Positions 18,621 through 29,798 of a stretch of DNA of 64,000 nt are shown piece after piece. The DNA lies in the IMG/VR virus record IMGVR_UViG_3300028832_000131, positions 1 through 64,000 of that record; one strand, written 5' to 3'. Origin of the DNA: a virus (lineage: Duplodnaviria > Caudoviricetes). The notes below the pieces were generated by a model. That model was not told the DNA's origin. It did no database searches and saw only the letters and a list, made by a program, of their open reading frames with translations. Made by a program: the position numbers and the translations under genes. The first letter of the stretch is position 1; every line of letters begins with the position of its first letter.

Positions 18621-19029
18621 AGAAAGATTACAAGAAATAAAAGATAGTCTAACAGAAGAATTAAATAGTATTGATTATTATGGAAGTGAAACAGCAAAAG
18701 AAGGGTTAGAACTATACAATGAAGTAATTAGATTAAAAAAGCAAAATGAAACATTAAAGCAAAATAATATAAATGAAATATTAAAAAATGATTTATCAAT
18801 ATGTGCTAAACAATACAAAAAAAGTGAAGAAAAATTAGAAAAAGCAAACAAGAAAATAGAAAAAGCAAACAAGAAAATAGATAAAGCAATAGAATATATA
18901 GAAAATACACCATTATATGAAACAACATACGATTATAATATGGAAGAAGAACTAGAAATACAAAATGTTAGTGATGAAACAGCAAGTAATGATTTATTAA
19001 ATATATTAAGAGGTAATGATGAAAAATAG
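18613..19029 (+). CDS. Coiled-coil accessory protein
   Basis: 21-bp tandem repeat (EKANKKI x2); IDKAIEYI...LLNILRG shared with 62883-63305. Confidence 0.65.
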   Translation: MSEERLQEIKDSLTEELNSIDYYGSETAKEGLELYNEVIRLKKQNETLKQNNINEILKNDLSICAKQYKKSEEKLEKANKKIEKANKKIDKAIEYIENTPLYETTYDYNMEEELEIQNVSDETASNDLLNILRGNDEK

Positions 19030-19204
19030 GTCATATATAGTAGCATTTACAATATTTCCAAAGTATTATGGAAGTTTTAAAACAAAATTTGAAGTATTTA
19101 GTGATTATAAAATGGCATATAATTTTTATAAAAATTTAATGACAGAAGATAAATGCTTTTATAAACAAGTATTTAAGGAAGAATTAAGAGGTAAAGATAA
19201 ATGA
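19016..19204 (+). CDS. Hypothetical protein
   Basis: Translationally coupled ORF. Confidence 0.55.
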   Translation: MMKNRSYIVAFTIFPKYYGSFKTKFEVFSDYKMAYNFYKNLMTEDKCFYKQVFKEELRGKDK

Positions 19205-19290
19205 TAGGAATAATAGTATTAAGTTTTATAATTGGTGCAAGTATAGGTTTTTTTCTTGCTTGTTGTTTAAAAGTGGGGAAGGATGATTAA
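19201..19290 (+). CDS. 29 aa single-TM peptide (not in ORF track)
   Basis: MIGIIVLSFIIGASIGFFLACCLKVGKDD, coupled at both ends; analog at 62590-62676. Confidence 0.6.
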   Translation: MIGIIVLSFIIGASIGFFLACCLKVGKDD

Positions 19291-19904
19291 TGGATAATAT
19301 TCTATTAACTATAATAGTTCCTGTATACAATTATCCTGAAGTAGATAAAGCACTAGATAGCATACCCCAAAGGAGTGATATTGAAATATTAATTGTTGAT
19401 GATGGCTCAACTGATGAGACACCAAACGTAATTAATAAGTGGATATTTAGTCATTTATTTCAAAATGTTAGAGTAATAAGACATGGTTGGAATATGGGTT
19501 TGGGTGCTGCTAAAAATACGGGATTCGATAATGCTAAAGGTATGTATGTTACACAATTAGATAGCGATGATTATTTATACACTAACAAATACAACAAAGT
19601 AATTAATCAACTTGACGGAAAAGATATAGTTTATATTGATATGCAAGTTAATGATGGCTTAGTATTTGCTATAGACGAAAGTAGTAGAAGAGGTTTTTGT
19701 TCTGGCTGTGCTAGGTTGATTAGAAGAGATTTTTTAGGAGACATAAGGTGTCCTGAAATACAAGCAGGGGAAGATTGGTATTTAAGTGAAGAGTTACTAA
19801 AGAAAAAACCAACCGAAAAGTTTACAAGAGTAGTAGCATATCACTATAATTATCCTCGAGAGGGTAGTTTGTATGATAAATTAGTAAAAGGAGAAATAAA
19901 ATGA
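19290..19904 (+). CDS. GT2-family glycosyltransferase
   Basis: IIVPVYN, VDDGSTD, GAAKNTG, LDSDD, GED motifs. Confidence 0.9.
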   Translation: MDNILLTIIVPVYNYPEVDKALDSIPQRSDIEILIVDDGSTDETPNVINKWIFSHLFQNVRVIRHGWNMGLGAAKNTGFDNAKGMYVTQLDSDDYLYTNKYNKVINQLDGKDIVYIDMQVNDGLVFAIDESSRRGFCSGCARLIRRDFLGDIRCPEIQAGEDWYLSEELLKKKPTEKFTRVVAYHYNYPREGSLYDKLVKGEIK

Positions 19905-20089
19905 AAAGTTTAGTTAATACCAAGAAAGTATTTATGTATGACACAAACGGGAACTTGTTAAAAGTGTTCCCCACTTCATTTGAATGTGCCGATTTCTTTG
20001 ACAAGCCCCCACAATACATTTATTACAATATCAAATACTTTAAGAAGATACGAAAAGACGGAAAATGGTATGTAATAAAACGTAATTAA
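19901..20089 (+). CDS. Stand-alone NUMOD1-like protein
   Basis: VFMYDTNGNLLKVFPTSFECA motif. Confidence 0.6.
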   Translation: MKSLVNTKKVFMYDTNGNLLKVFPTSFECADFFDKPPQYIYYNIKYFKKIRKDGKWYVIKRN

Positions 20090-20105
20090 TAATTTAAGGA
20101 GCAAA

Positions 20106-20438
20106 ATGGAGGATTGTATAAAATATATGGATAATTTTGAAATGGAAATTATTGCATTAGAGGGGTTAATGAAAAGAACGGACGATATTAAGATGCAACA
20201 ACTCCTAGAAATAGAGGTAAGCAATAAAAAAACACTACTGTCAAAGTACCGTAGTGTCCTAAGTAATATATCATCAAATGATATATGCTGTCGTCTATTT
20301 GCGAAGATACTGGGAGGTCTCCCCCCCACTAAAGCAGTAGAAGACGTTGCAAAAGAGAATTATTATAGAGATATTAAGCCAAATAGTTTATCGGCTATAT
20401 GGAGATATTATTCAAAAATCAAAGATTTATTGGAATGA
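20106..20438 (+). CDS. Putative late-gene transcriptional activator
   Basis: Last gene of the replication arm, immediately before the repeated late-promoter motif; helical C-terminus. Confidence 0.45.
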   Translation: MEDCIKYMDNFEMEIIALEGLMKRTDDIKMQQLLEIEVSNKKTLLSKYRSVLSNISSNDICCRLFAKILGGLPPTKAVEDVAKENYYRDIKPNSLSAIWRYYSKIKDLLE

Positions 20439-20470
20439 TAGTGAAATGAGAGTAGATTATAGGGTATATT
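20431..20470 (+). promoter_or_regulatory. Putative late promoter P-L1
   Basis: GTGAAATGAGAGTA-N10-TATATT; same architecture at 31237-31266. Confidence 0.65.
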
Positions 20471-20508
20471 TATGGTGTCATAGAGGGTAGCACACCCCCT
20501 TTCCCTCT

Positions 20509-20760
20509 ATGATGCTCCTATATAATGAAAAGGAAGGTATAATGAGTTATATAAGCAAAATAGATACAAAGTTTATTACGTTTATTAATAGAAAGTATGG
20601 GACTACTTTCATTTATTTTGATGATTATATTTTGTGGCTTTATAAAGCAAAAAATAACAACAAAGATAACTATTATAGCCAATTAGAAAAAGATTTATGG
20701 GAGTATTCGGATTTTCAGACGGGTAGTCCCCGTTTAAATGGAAGAACAACAAAGAGGTGA
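20509..20760 (+). CDS. Hypothetical protein (true start probably ~20541)
   Basis: ORF abutting terS. Confidence 0.5.
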   Translation: MMLLYNEKEGIMSYISKIDTKFITFINRKYGTTFIYFDDYILWLYKAKNNNKDNYYSQLEKDLWEYSDFQTGSPRLNGRTTKR

Positions 20761-21438
20761 GTGTGCGTGAAAAAGTTTTCTCAAGAAAGTATAAATAAGA
20801 GGGTAGCAGCCACCCTAGAAAACAGTGATAAAAAAGAAATGGCTAAGCAAAAAATGATTCAAGAAATCAAAGAGGAATCAAAGGGGATGCTACTCCCCAA
20901 CTTAAAAGAAAAAATGGAAAAAACTACGGAGTTAATTCTTAGTTTATTAAAAGAAAAAGATATTAGTAATATACAAATCATGTCATATATTGCGAAGGGA
21001 AGTTTACTTGAAAATGCTTTGGGTAGGAGTGTAGGGTACACCCCCCAAGAATTAAGCATTGGATTCGACTTATACCTAGATATGATTAATAAGATAAATG
21101 AAATTAAGCCCTTTCCCCCCACAGTAGAAAGTTTTGCTAACTTTATGGGGATAAGTAGGGATACTTATAACAATTATCTAGTGGATGCGGATAGGAAAGA
21201 TATTATGAGTTATATACACTCATATTTATTAGGAGTCCTAGCCACCTCCTCCCTAACAGGTGAAACAAAGGAAATATCTAGTATCTATTTACAAAAATCA
21301 ATGGGCAAAGTAGAGCAAGTTCAACCGATTGTGGTAGAGCATAAAAAGATAGCCAACTTAGAAGATATTAATAAGCGACTTGCCGACCTATCAAAAGATA
21401 ATATTATTAATGCGGAATATGAAGAAAAAGAGGATTAA
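20761..21438 (+). CDS. terS: Terminase small subunit (gp3-like DNA packaging protein)
   Basis: FPPTVESFANFMGISRDTYNNY motif; downstream of the late promoter. Confidence 0.65.
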   Translation: MCVKKFSQESINKRVAATLENSDKKEMAKQKMIQEIKEESKGMLLPNLKEKMEKTTELILSLLKEKDISNIQIMSYIAKGSLLENALGRSVGYTPQELSIGFDLYLDMINKINEIKPFPPTVESFANFMGISRDTYNNYLVDADRKDIMSYIHSYLLGVLATSSLTGETKEISSIYLQKSMGKVEQVQPIVVEHKKIANLEDINKRLADLSKDNIINAEYEEKED

Positions 21439-21460
21439 ATAAATCCTCTATTTTTTTTTA
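21429..21460. terminator. Terminator between convergent terS and recombinase
   Basis: AGAGGATT-N5-AATCCTCT plus T tract. Confidence 0.7.
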
Positions 21461-21500
21461 GCAAACTCACACAAAGCACACCATAAAGCAAGTATTACTA

Positions 21501-22169
21501 TTAATACAAATCCCAATCTAAATCCTCCTGTAACTTTGCTAGAATCTCTTTATAATCTTTAGTTCCATATCTAGCATAACATAATTTTATTTTTCTCTCG
21601 AACGATACTAATGGAACATTTAATATCGAACAAGCCGCTCTCATACCTGTATTAGTATCTACCATATATTGTAATACCTTAATAAAGTTTTCACGAGTAG
21701 ACCTATCGGAATATGCTCTACCTAGTTTCTTCCCACTTTCACGTACCGCTCTTAATCCTTCTTTAGTTCTTTCACTTATAATGTCTCGTTCAAATTGTCC
21801 TAGTACCGAGAAAATACCTAGTAATAAACTTGTGGTAGAGTTTGGTTGTTCCCCAGCCCTTAACTCGAATCCTTCTTTAAAAATAATTACGTTAATTTTT
21901 CTTTTTTGTACTAAATCAGTTATTAATTCTAATGTTCTAATAACTCCACCACGAGAAAGACGAGATAAACTTTCTACTATTAAGGTATCACCCTCCACCA
22001 TAGTAGCCATAAGTTCATCAAATACAGGACGATTGATTTTTGTTCCTGTAAACTTTTCTTCCACGTAAGTACAATTATTATTATTTATATAGCCTCTATC
22101 CTTAAATATTTGTATTTGTCTATTAAACTCTTGTGAATCTCTTGAAACTCTTATATAACAATAAATCAT
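21501..22169 (-). CDS. Small serine recombinase (resolvase/invertase family)
   Basis: YIRVSRDSQEFNRQ, GDTLIVESLSRLSR, ERDIISERTKEGL motifs, C-terminal HTH. Confidence 0.9.
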   Translation of the reverse strand: MIYCYIRVSRDSQEFNRQIQIFKDRGYINNNNCTYVEEKFTGTKINRPVFDELMATMVEGDTLIVESLSRLSRGGVIRTLELITDLVQKRKINVIIFKEGFELRAGEQPNSTTSLLLGIFSVLGQFERDIISERTKEGLRAVRESGKKLGRAYSDRSTRENFIKVLQYMVDTNTGMRAACSILNVPLVSFERKIKLCYARYGTKDYKEILAKLQEDLDWDLY

Positions 22170-22223
22170 AAATCACCTCATAAATCGGTCATATTATACC
22201 ATATTTCCTTTCTTTTTTCAACA

Positions 22224-22454
22224 TTAATCTTCTTCTTTGAATAAATCTTTTCTTGTGGTTTTAGAGGATTCGTGTACGACAAAGTATTCAATATCAGTCA
22301 TATCTCTATCCGCTATTAAATCTAGTGTTCTAACATTTCCCTGTCTATCTTCTACCTCTAAAACATTTTGTAGTGGGAATAAAATCCCGTTGTGTGTGTT
22401 TTCAATTTGCACATTATTTACTTTTGTAATTCTAATTATATCTTTATCACTCAT
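22224..22454 (-). CDS. Early-region hypothetical protein
   Basis: ORF with SD. Confidence 0.6.
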   Translation of the reverse strand: MSDKDIIRITKVNNVQIENTHNGILFPLQNVLEVEDRQGNVRTLDLIADRDMTDIEYFVVHESSKTTRKDLFKEED

Positions 22455-22531
22455 TTTAAAAACCTCTCTATTATAATATTATATCATCATTTTAAATGGA
22501 AGGGAAGGGAATAGACCCCACCCCCCACTTT

Positions 22532-23065
22532 TTAATATGTACGCACAGGTAAAACTAACCCTAATTCTTTATCTTCGTTTTCAAAGTATAATGGTTGTAA
22601 TTCGCCTTGATAGTAGATTTTACTATCTTTACCAATAATATCTAACATATTCTTTAAAAACTTTGCTTGATATTGACTACCGCCAAGTTTATATAAAGCC
22701 ATTTCACGACCTTTATGATTCTTAATAAACTCCTTTAAATCATCATAATCAATAGTTAATTCGTTATTTCTATCAAAGTTTCCATTAAAATAATTCATTA
22801 TTACACTAGGATACTTTGCATAAATGATAGAGCCTACCCCGTGTTCATCATGATATTTTTTAATATCTATACCATATTGTTTAATTTCATCATTAGTAAT
22901 AACTAATGGTAAGGGAATATTTTCTTCTTTAATCATAATAGCATGGTAGGAGTCCGTTACGCATTTATACTCCCCAAAAATCCCATATCCCGTTAATACA
23001 GGATTCGTATGAGTCTTTTTGCTTGCTACTCGTTTAATAGCATTTAATCTAGTTTTCTTATTCAT
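22532..23065 (-). CDS. Early-region hypothetical protein
   Basis: 177 aa ORF, coupled to the upstream gene. Confidence 0.7.
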   Translation of the reverse strand: MNKKTRLNAIKRVASKKTHTNPVLTGYGIFGEYKCVTDSYHAIMIKEENIPLPLVITNDEIKQYGIDIKKYHDEHGVGSIIYAKYPSVIMNYFNGNFDRNNELTIDYDDLKEFIKNHKGREMALYKLGGSQYQAKFLKNMLDIIGKDSKIYYQGELQPLYFENEDKELGLVLPVRTY

Positions 23066-23492
23066 TATTTTTCAACTCCTTTACAATCTTATTAATTGTT
23101 TTTTTATCTAAAATAATCTCGTTATCCCAATGTTTAATAATATAATCTAAATTACCAATTATTTTGTTTGATTGTTCTAATAACATATTTACTACAAATG
23201 CCTCCGCACTTTCAAATGGATTCAAATTGCAACCTGTCATGTTTACAAAGTTTTCATATAAATCCCCAAAGTCATCCCAATATTTATGTATAAGTTCGAT
23301 ACTCCAATAAGTAGAGTAGGTAAATGAGCCGTCTACATTTTCCCCCTCAAATAACTTGTATCCTAAATCACAAGCATATATTTTTTGGTCTTTATATTGC
23401 TCTAATCTATCTATAATTAAATCCTTAACTAAGTCTTCCCATGATTCATAGGTATCCATTAATTCTTCTACCCAATGTTTATTATTATCCAT
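23058..23492 (-). CDS. Early-region acidic protein
   Basis: 144 aa ORF, coupled. Confidence 0.7.
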   Translation of the reverse strand: MDNNKHWVEELMDTYESWEDLVKDLIIDRLEQYKDQKIYACDLGYKLFEGENVDGSFTYSTYWSIELIHKYWDDFGDLYENFVNMTGCNLNPFESAEAFVVNMLLEQSNKIIGNLDYIIKHWDNEIILDKKTINKIVKELKNNE

Positions 23493-26400
23493 TATTTTTC
23501 CTCCTTTAATTCCTTTAATTTTTCTTCTAAATCAACAAAGTGCATAGTATATAGCCCCCCGTCTTTTGTCTCAAAACCGAACTTATACTCGTTAGCAAAA
23601 ATAAACTCATATCCCATTTTTTTGCAATATGCTCTTGCAACTCTTGTTAATTCTTCTTTACTTGCATATTTACTCATTATCTAATCCCTCATATTCTTGT
23701 TTAATCTCGTCTAGTAATTCATATAAACTTTCAATACTACCCCCGTAGGATATATCGTATTTTACTTTATTGTCCTCTATAAATTGTATTAAATAATCAT
23801 GTAAATTAAAATTACCTGTCATTAAAACTCCTCCTTTAATAATTCATATTTCCCTGTAATAATATCTTCTATAATGTACTCTTCATTGTTGAAAAATCCA
23901 ACCCAATCTTTTACAATTATTTGATAATCAAAATCCGTCATGTTTATAGTTAATAAATCACTCGTTTTATTTTCTATGTCATATTGAAAATCAAAGCCTT
24001 TATTATCTTTCCATATAACGAAATCTTCAGTTTCATAAATCTTTTCTAACATAGTACCACCCCCCCATTAAAATGGTATTTCATCTTCTTTTAATTCGCT
24101 ATTTAATAAATCTAATAAATCTAAATCTTCATATAATCTATAGCAATATACCTGTATAATATCAATTAAATCGTTTTTTAATTCTTCATCACATTTATCT
24201 AATATTTTTGATAATTGCTCAACTCTTTCACTATCTTCTTCAATACTATTATCCCATATACCATTAATCTCATAACTAATGTCATTATATACATTTTTTA
24301 ATATGTCTATTTTTTTCATTATTTTTCCTCCTCGTGTTTTTTATTACAAATTACACTATTCAACTCGTTTTCATATTCTCTTAACGTTTTAAATAATAAT
24401 TTTCTAAACTCACGATTATATATAAAATCAATGTTGTTTTCCATAATCATAATTGCAATATATTCTTGTTCTAATAAATCAAGAGATAAACTCTCTGCAA
24501 CCTCTTTTAATAATGCTTTCTCTTCATCAGTAAAAATAATTTTTTTATCCATATATACCTACCCCCCCTTTAACACACATTATCCTCGTGCAAAGTTTCC
24601 ACAGATTCAAAATCCATATCTTCAAAATACATATCTAGCCACTCTTTATCTTCATCATCATGGATATTATATGGATAACAATATTCTCTAGTTAATATAT
24701 ATTTACTAGATTCGTTTACCCTGTCTACCCATTTTTGAATATCGTTTTTAATACCATCTAGCCAATTTTTGTATTTTTTTGTTTCCATGATTCTTGTCAT
24801 TTTATCCGCATCAACATAATAATCATCAACAATTATGTCAAAGTCTTCTATATATCTTCTAATAGTAAAGTCAACACTATCAACCCATAGGTTTTCCCCA
24901 TAGATATTAATGCCTTCATCATTAATCTTAAATCCTTTAATGGAGTCTATCCACCCCCCCTGACTATTGCTATCTAGGTAGACCTCATCAAAGGAAATGT
25001 TTTTAAACTCGTATCTTAAATTGTCTAACTCCATTTTATACTCCTCGTATAAATCGTCTTGGTATCTCATGTAAATATCTTCTTTATGTCTATCAATTTC
25101 TTCTTCTTTTTCTTCATCAGTTAACTCGTCCCAACTCTTTATAGTATGGAGTGTTTCACGGATAGATTCTTGCTCGTGTCCGTCTTCTTCATATATTTTA
25201 GTAATGTCTACTTGTCTATATTTTTTCATTATTTTACCTCCCTCATATCGTCTTTAGTCCAACATATAACTTTAAAAAATAATCCTTCATAATTGACACA
25301 TAACATATCATCATCATTATATTTTTTTATTGCATCAAGTATTAGAAAGCAAGTATCACATACATAATCATCCCCACACTTTTTAAACTCTTTTAAAGTC
25401 TTTTTGGTGTCCTTAATAATGTCTTTTTTGCTCCCCAATAAACAAGTATCATTGTCGTATATTTTTCCCATTATTCTATTACCTCCTTAATTGAATGGAG
25501 TAGGGGGAGTCCCCCCTCTAACTCCTGTATATTTTTCATAATGCTATTGTGCATTGTATCGTATTTATTCATTTATACCACTTATAATTAAATCTTTTAA
25601 ATAGTCTATAAACTCTTTTAAATCTTCATCAGTTTCAAAATCCTCAAAATCATTGTCTTGATAGTCGCATATATCCCCACATACACTATCGTACTCGGTT
25701 ATACTATCCCATTGCTCGTTTCTATCTCTAACAACACACAATAAATCCTGTAAATAGTCTATTTCATCAATATATTTTTCTCGTAAACTCATATTAATCC
25801 ACCTTCTTTATATCTAAATCCAACTCGTCATTAATAGCCTCTAGTATTTCATCATCATCAATGTTATATGTTTTTAGTAAATTAATTAAATTATCACACA
25901 TAATCATTAAATCATCCATGTCAACCTCCATGGTGTAGTTAGCATTGTCAAGACAAGCCATGTATCCTGTAGTTTTATACATAATTAATCCTCCTCGTCA
26001 TAATTGTGTTTTCTATCCCATATCTCTTTTACCTGTTTATTATCAATAAAAGAGTAGCAACTTAATGAATAAATCTCGTTAAGTTTATCCAATATATCAC
26101 AAGCCTCGTCAACACTCTCAAAAAAGTCTTTATAATCCTCGTCATCACGGGGGATAGCCCCGTCATCCGCATAATTTATCATACTAGATAAAGAATCTAT
26201 AATTTTACCTAACATATCTTTACTTATCATTATTTAACCTCCTTAATCAAAGAGCCTTCTTTAAATAACTTGTCAATTTCATCCCACGTTAATCCACATT
26301 GTCTAAAAAACTCTTTTTGGTGTCTTGTGGTCGTTTGTGAATATTTACCAAAATAATTGTAAGTAATTACTCCTGTCCCGTAAACTTGTGTCTTTTTACC

Positions 26401-28244
26401 GACAAGTGTCCCGTAAGAATATAATCTATAATCCACCACATTGTTGTTAGAAACAACCTCTACTCGTGCTTTACCATAAAAGTTTTGTCTTGAATCATAA
26501 ATACATGATAAATCAAATGTCATATTATTCTACCTCCTAAATAATCCCGTTTTCTCTATACTCCTGTAAAAGTCCGTATCTCTTGCCTATAGTCTCAAAA
26601 AATGTATTAATTTCAACTAACTCCCCATAACTCCATGATAAACTTGAAAAGTTATATTGATAGTCTTTTGCCAACTCAATAGCATTGTCTTTTTTTTCTT
26701 TATAAGTATCCCCACTAACAGATAATTTTAAAAGCATTAAATCTTTAGTAAAGGGGGAAAAAGTATCATTGTGAAAAGCCTCCCACCCGTATTTATTGTT
26801 ATAATAGATAGAAAACTCCTCTATATCATCAATAGTATACTTTACTAAAAACATATTATTTTACCCCCTTTTCTCTATCAACTAAATACTTGTGTTTAAA
26901 TACAAGTGAATCAGTCGCTCCAATACCACCTCTAACACTCATAATATAGTCGTGTCTTATTAAAGCAATAATATTACCGCTATCCACTAAATTATGCTCG
27001 TCATAAATAATGGTATACTCGTAATCATTTTGCTCGTTAAACTTTATTATTTTTCTAATGCCTTCATCACTTAATTGTAGTCCTGTATTAATTACTTTTT
27101 CTACTCTTGTAAATCCTAAATCCTTAATATCATCAATAGTTATTTTTTCCATAAATACCTCCTAAAATCTACTTGCGGTGTAAAACTCTTTAGTATCCTC
27201 GTCATAATATACTCTTATAGCACAACCGCTCCAATACCCTTGTGTATTTAAACAAGCCTGTAATTGATTCATTAAATAATCCTCGTCATCCATGAATATA
27301 AACTCGTTATAATCATCCATAATCTTTAAAAAATCGTCTAACATTTTTTTATTTACTTTTACCATAATAGCCTCCTATAAATAACGACCTTTTTCTTCTA
27401 ATGCGGATAAAATATTTCTAATGGATAGCCATGTCCCGTTAATATAACAACCGCACTCCATAGACCACTCATCATCCTCATCAATGTCATACTCTCGTCT
27501 TAATATTTCCTCAATTTCTTCTATAGTTAATCTCATATATACCTCCTACCATATTTCCTTTATAGATATTTTATTTTTGGTGCAACTTAATTTATAACGA
27601 GGGGGAGTATCATATTGGTCTATCTCGTAGGTATACCATATTTCATTGTCTTTTAATTTAAAATCCCCCATAGAATCCTCGTTGTGTAGGTTTAAATGCT
27701 CCGCCAATTTATCCGCCTGTTTCTTGCTATTACATAGAATAGTAAACTTGTTAGAATATAAATATTCTTGTCCTTTAATCGTTTTACTTATAATAAACAT
27801 ATTTTTACCTCCATTTTTGTACCCCACCACCCCTTTTTTCATCGGTAGAAAAATAGGGGAGGGGCAATTTTATTTTTCCTCTTTCTTTACTATATTTTTA
27901 TAATAATAATCATTTATAAATTGTCTTCTTTCCTCAAATGTTTTATCACTCGTTATAATATCGTTGTTTATAAAATTATAAATATTTATTAAATCGTTTT
28001 TATTAAAAATTGTCTTTAAATCCTCATTATTTTTATCGTCTTTTATAGTTAAAACATAATAGCCGTAAAAATAAGCCTTTACTTGTGTAATATTTATTTC
28101 ATAATTGTTTTTTTTATCGTAAATTGTTATTAAATCTTGATATTTTATCATATTTCCTCCGTTTTTCATCATCAGTTTATCATCGTTTTTCCTCAGTAAT
28201 GCCTTTTTATGAAAAAACTTTATTTTTTTATCATTTTTTATCAT
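23492..28244 (-). CDS. Cluster of ~18 short, mostly acidic, co-oriented early ORFs (23492-23677, 23670-23822, 23822-24052, 24068-24319, 24319-24552, 24570-25229, 25229-25471, 25565-25792, 25794-25982, 25985-26230, 26230-26523, 26537-26854, 26856-27152, 27162-27365, ~27375-27536, 27546-~27800, 27870-~28150)
   Basis: Tightly packed, each with an AGGAGG/GGGG-type SD on the minus strand. No function recognisable by eye. Confidence 0.75.
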
Positions 28245-28589
28245 GCACGCACGTACGGAAGAAGATTCTACTCAATTTTACGTTGTTTTTCTTTAGTCGC
28301 ACGCACGCACGTGGAAAAAGTTTTTCCAAAAAGTAGGGGAAGAAGATTAGAGAAGTTTTTTAAAAAAGATTCTTTTCATCCTGTCCGCTCGTTTATGCTC
28401 TTTTATGCTCTTTTTTTGCTCCTGTTGTGGTCGTGATTCTCTTCTTTAATCTTCTATAAAAAAATTATAAAATAACAATTCAAGTGGCTATAATATCCGC
28501 TTGACTCGTTAATAATACCATGGTTTTTTGTCAGTAATGCTTTTTTATGTTTTTATTTAAAATAATTATAAATAATTAAATAATAGGAT

Positions 28590-28705
28590 ATAAAAAAGCC
28601 GTTATTATATGGATAAAAGCCAATAAATATTATCTAAAAGCCGTTTATAAGCCGTTAATATAAACATATTAAAACAATAAAAGCCCGTTAAATAGCCGTT
28701 AAAAT
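28590..28705. repeat. AAGCCGTT repeat cluster in a non-coding gap
   Basis: Copies at 28596, 28638, 28649; variants at 28681 and 28693. Confidence 0.65.
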
Positions 28706-28794
28706 GCCATAGAATAGGTAGTTATATTATGTTAAGTTGTTTATATAATAAAAAAATAACATTGTTTTTTGGTCCAATGTTATTTTATAATTTT

Positions 28795-29367
28795 TTATCC
28801 CTCGTTTATCTCGTTTATATAACGCATATATTCACTAGATAAGCCAATTATATATTTATCTTGTAATAACTCTTTTATTCCGTTGTCAATGTCTTTAATT
28901 ATGTAATTTTTTAATACTCTATAACTTTTTTGTAAATCCTCGGTCATGTCTTTTATCGTGTAATATTCTTTTATGTATCTTAAATCATGGTTAATTTTAT
29001 TATATTTGTATAGAATCCACGTTTTTTGTAATAATTTAATGTCTTTTTTATTCTTTAAATCATAAATAGCAAGTTGTTTATTTTTTATCCCGTTTTTAAT
29101 TGCATCTTGTTTATTGTTATAATGTCTTGAAATGTCAACATAAATAAGCCCGTTATCTTGCCATAATCCAACATATTGCCCCGCTTTTAGTAGGTGTTTA
29201 TATGTTATAATGTCCGCCTTTATCTCGTTAATGTCGGTTGGTTGGTGCGTTTTCTCGAATCCGTAAAGACTACACATAAAGCCATTTTTTAGAGTTGCCT
29301 CCTGTAAATCTCTGGTTAATGTTGCCCCCGTTTTAATCCATTTTTTTAATTGCTCGTCATTTATCAC
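28795..29367 (-). CDS. Early hypothetical protein
   Basis: 190 aa; YVGLWQDNGLIYVDISRHY motif. Confidence 0.7.
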   Translation of the reverse strand: MINDEQLKKWIKTGATLTRDLQEATLKNGFMCSLYGFEKTHQPTDINEIKADIITYKHLLKAGQYVGLWQDNGLIYVDISRHYNNKQDAIKNGIKNKQLAIYDLKNKKDIKLLQKTWILYKYNKINHDLRYIKEYYTIKDMTEDLQKSYRVLKNYIIKDIDNGIKELLQDKYIIGLSSEYMRYINEINEG

Positions 29368-29384
29368 TTTTTAAATCCTCCGTT

Positions 29385-29783
29385 TTAAAATCCTTCGTTT
29401 ATGTATTGTCTTTTTAGCTCGTGTCCGTTGCCGTTTATAATCTTTTTTAATTTTAGTAAACTTTTTATGTCGTCTTTTTTGTTAAATTGCTTTTGTAAAT
29501 CCTCTTTTTTTTCTTTTGTTAATCTTGTTATGCCGTTTATGTTTTTATAATCCATTAAGTAAAAATTAAATTGTATGTTGTAATAATCGTTAATTGCTCC
29601 ACGCATGCAAGTCTGATATTGAAAACTTTCCCAAGTCCTGTTGTAATAAGTTATTTTATATTCTGGTACTATTCTATTGTTTACTATAAATTGTACTTTA
29701 TGCCCCCAATTATAGTAATTTTCGTATGTTTTACAATTAAATTGATAATTAAACCCGTTAATTTTTTTAGTTAATATTTCCAC
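29385..29783 (-). CDS. Early hypothetical protein
   Basis: 132 aa; YYNRTWESFQYQT motif. Confidence 0.7.
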   Translation of the reverse strand: MEILTKKINGFNYQFNCKTYENYYNWGHKVQFIVNNRIVPEYKITYYNRTWESFQYQTCMRGAINDYYNIQFNFYLMDYKNINGITRLTKEKKEDLQKQFNKKDDIKSLLKLKKIINGNGHELKRQYINEGF

Positions 29784-29798
29784 TTTTTCACCCCCTTA

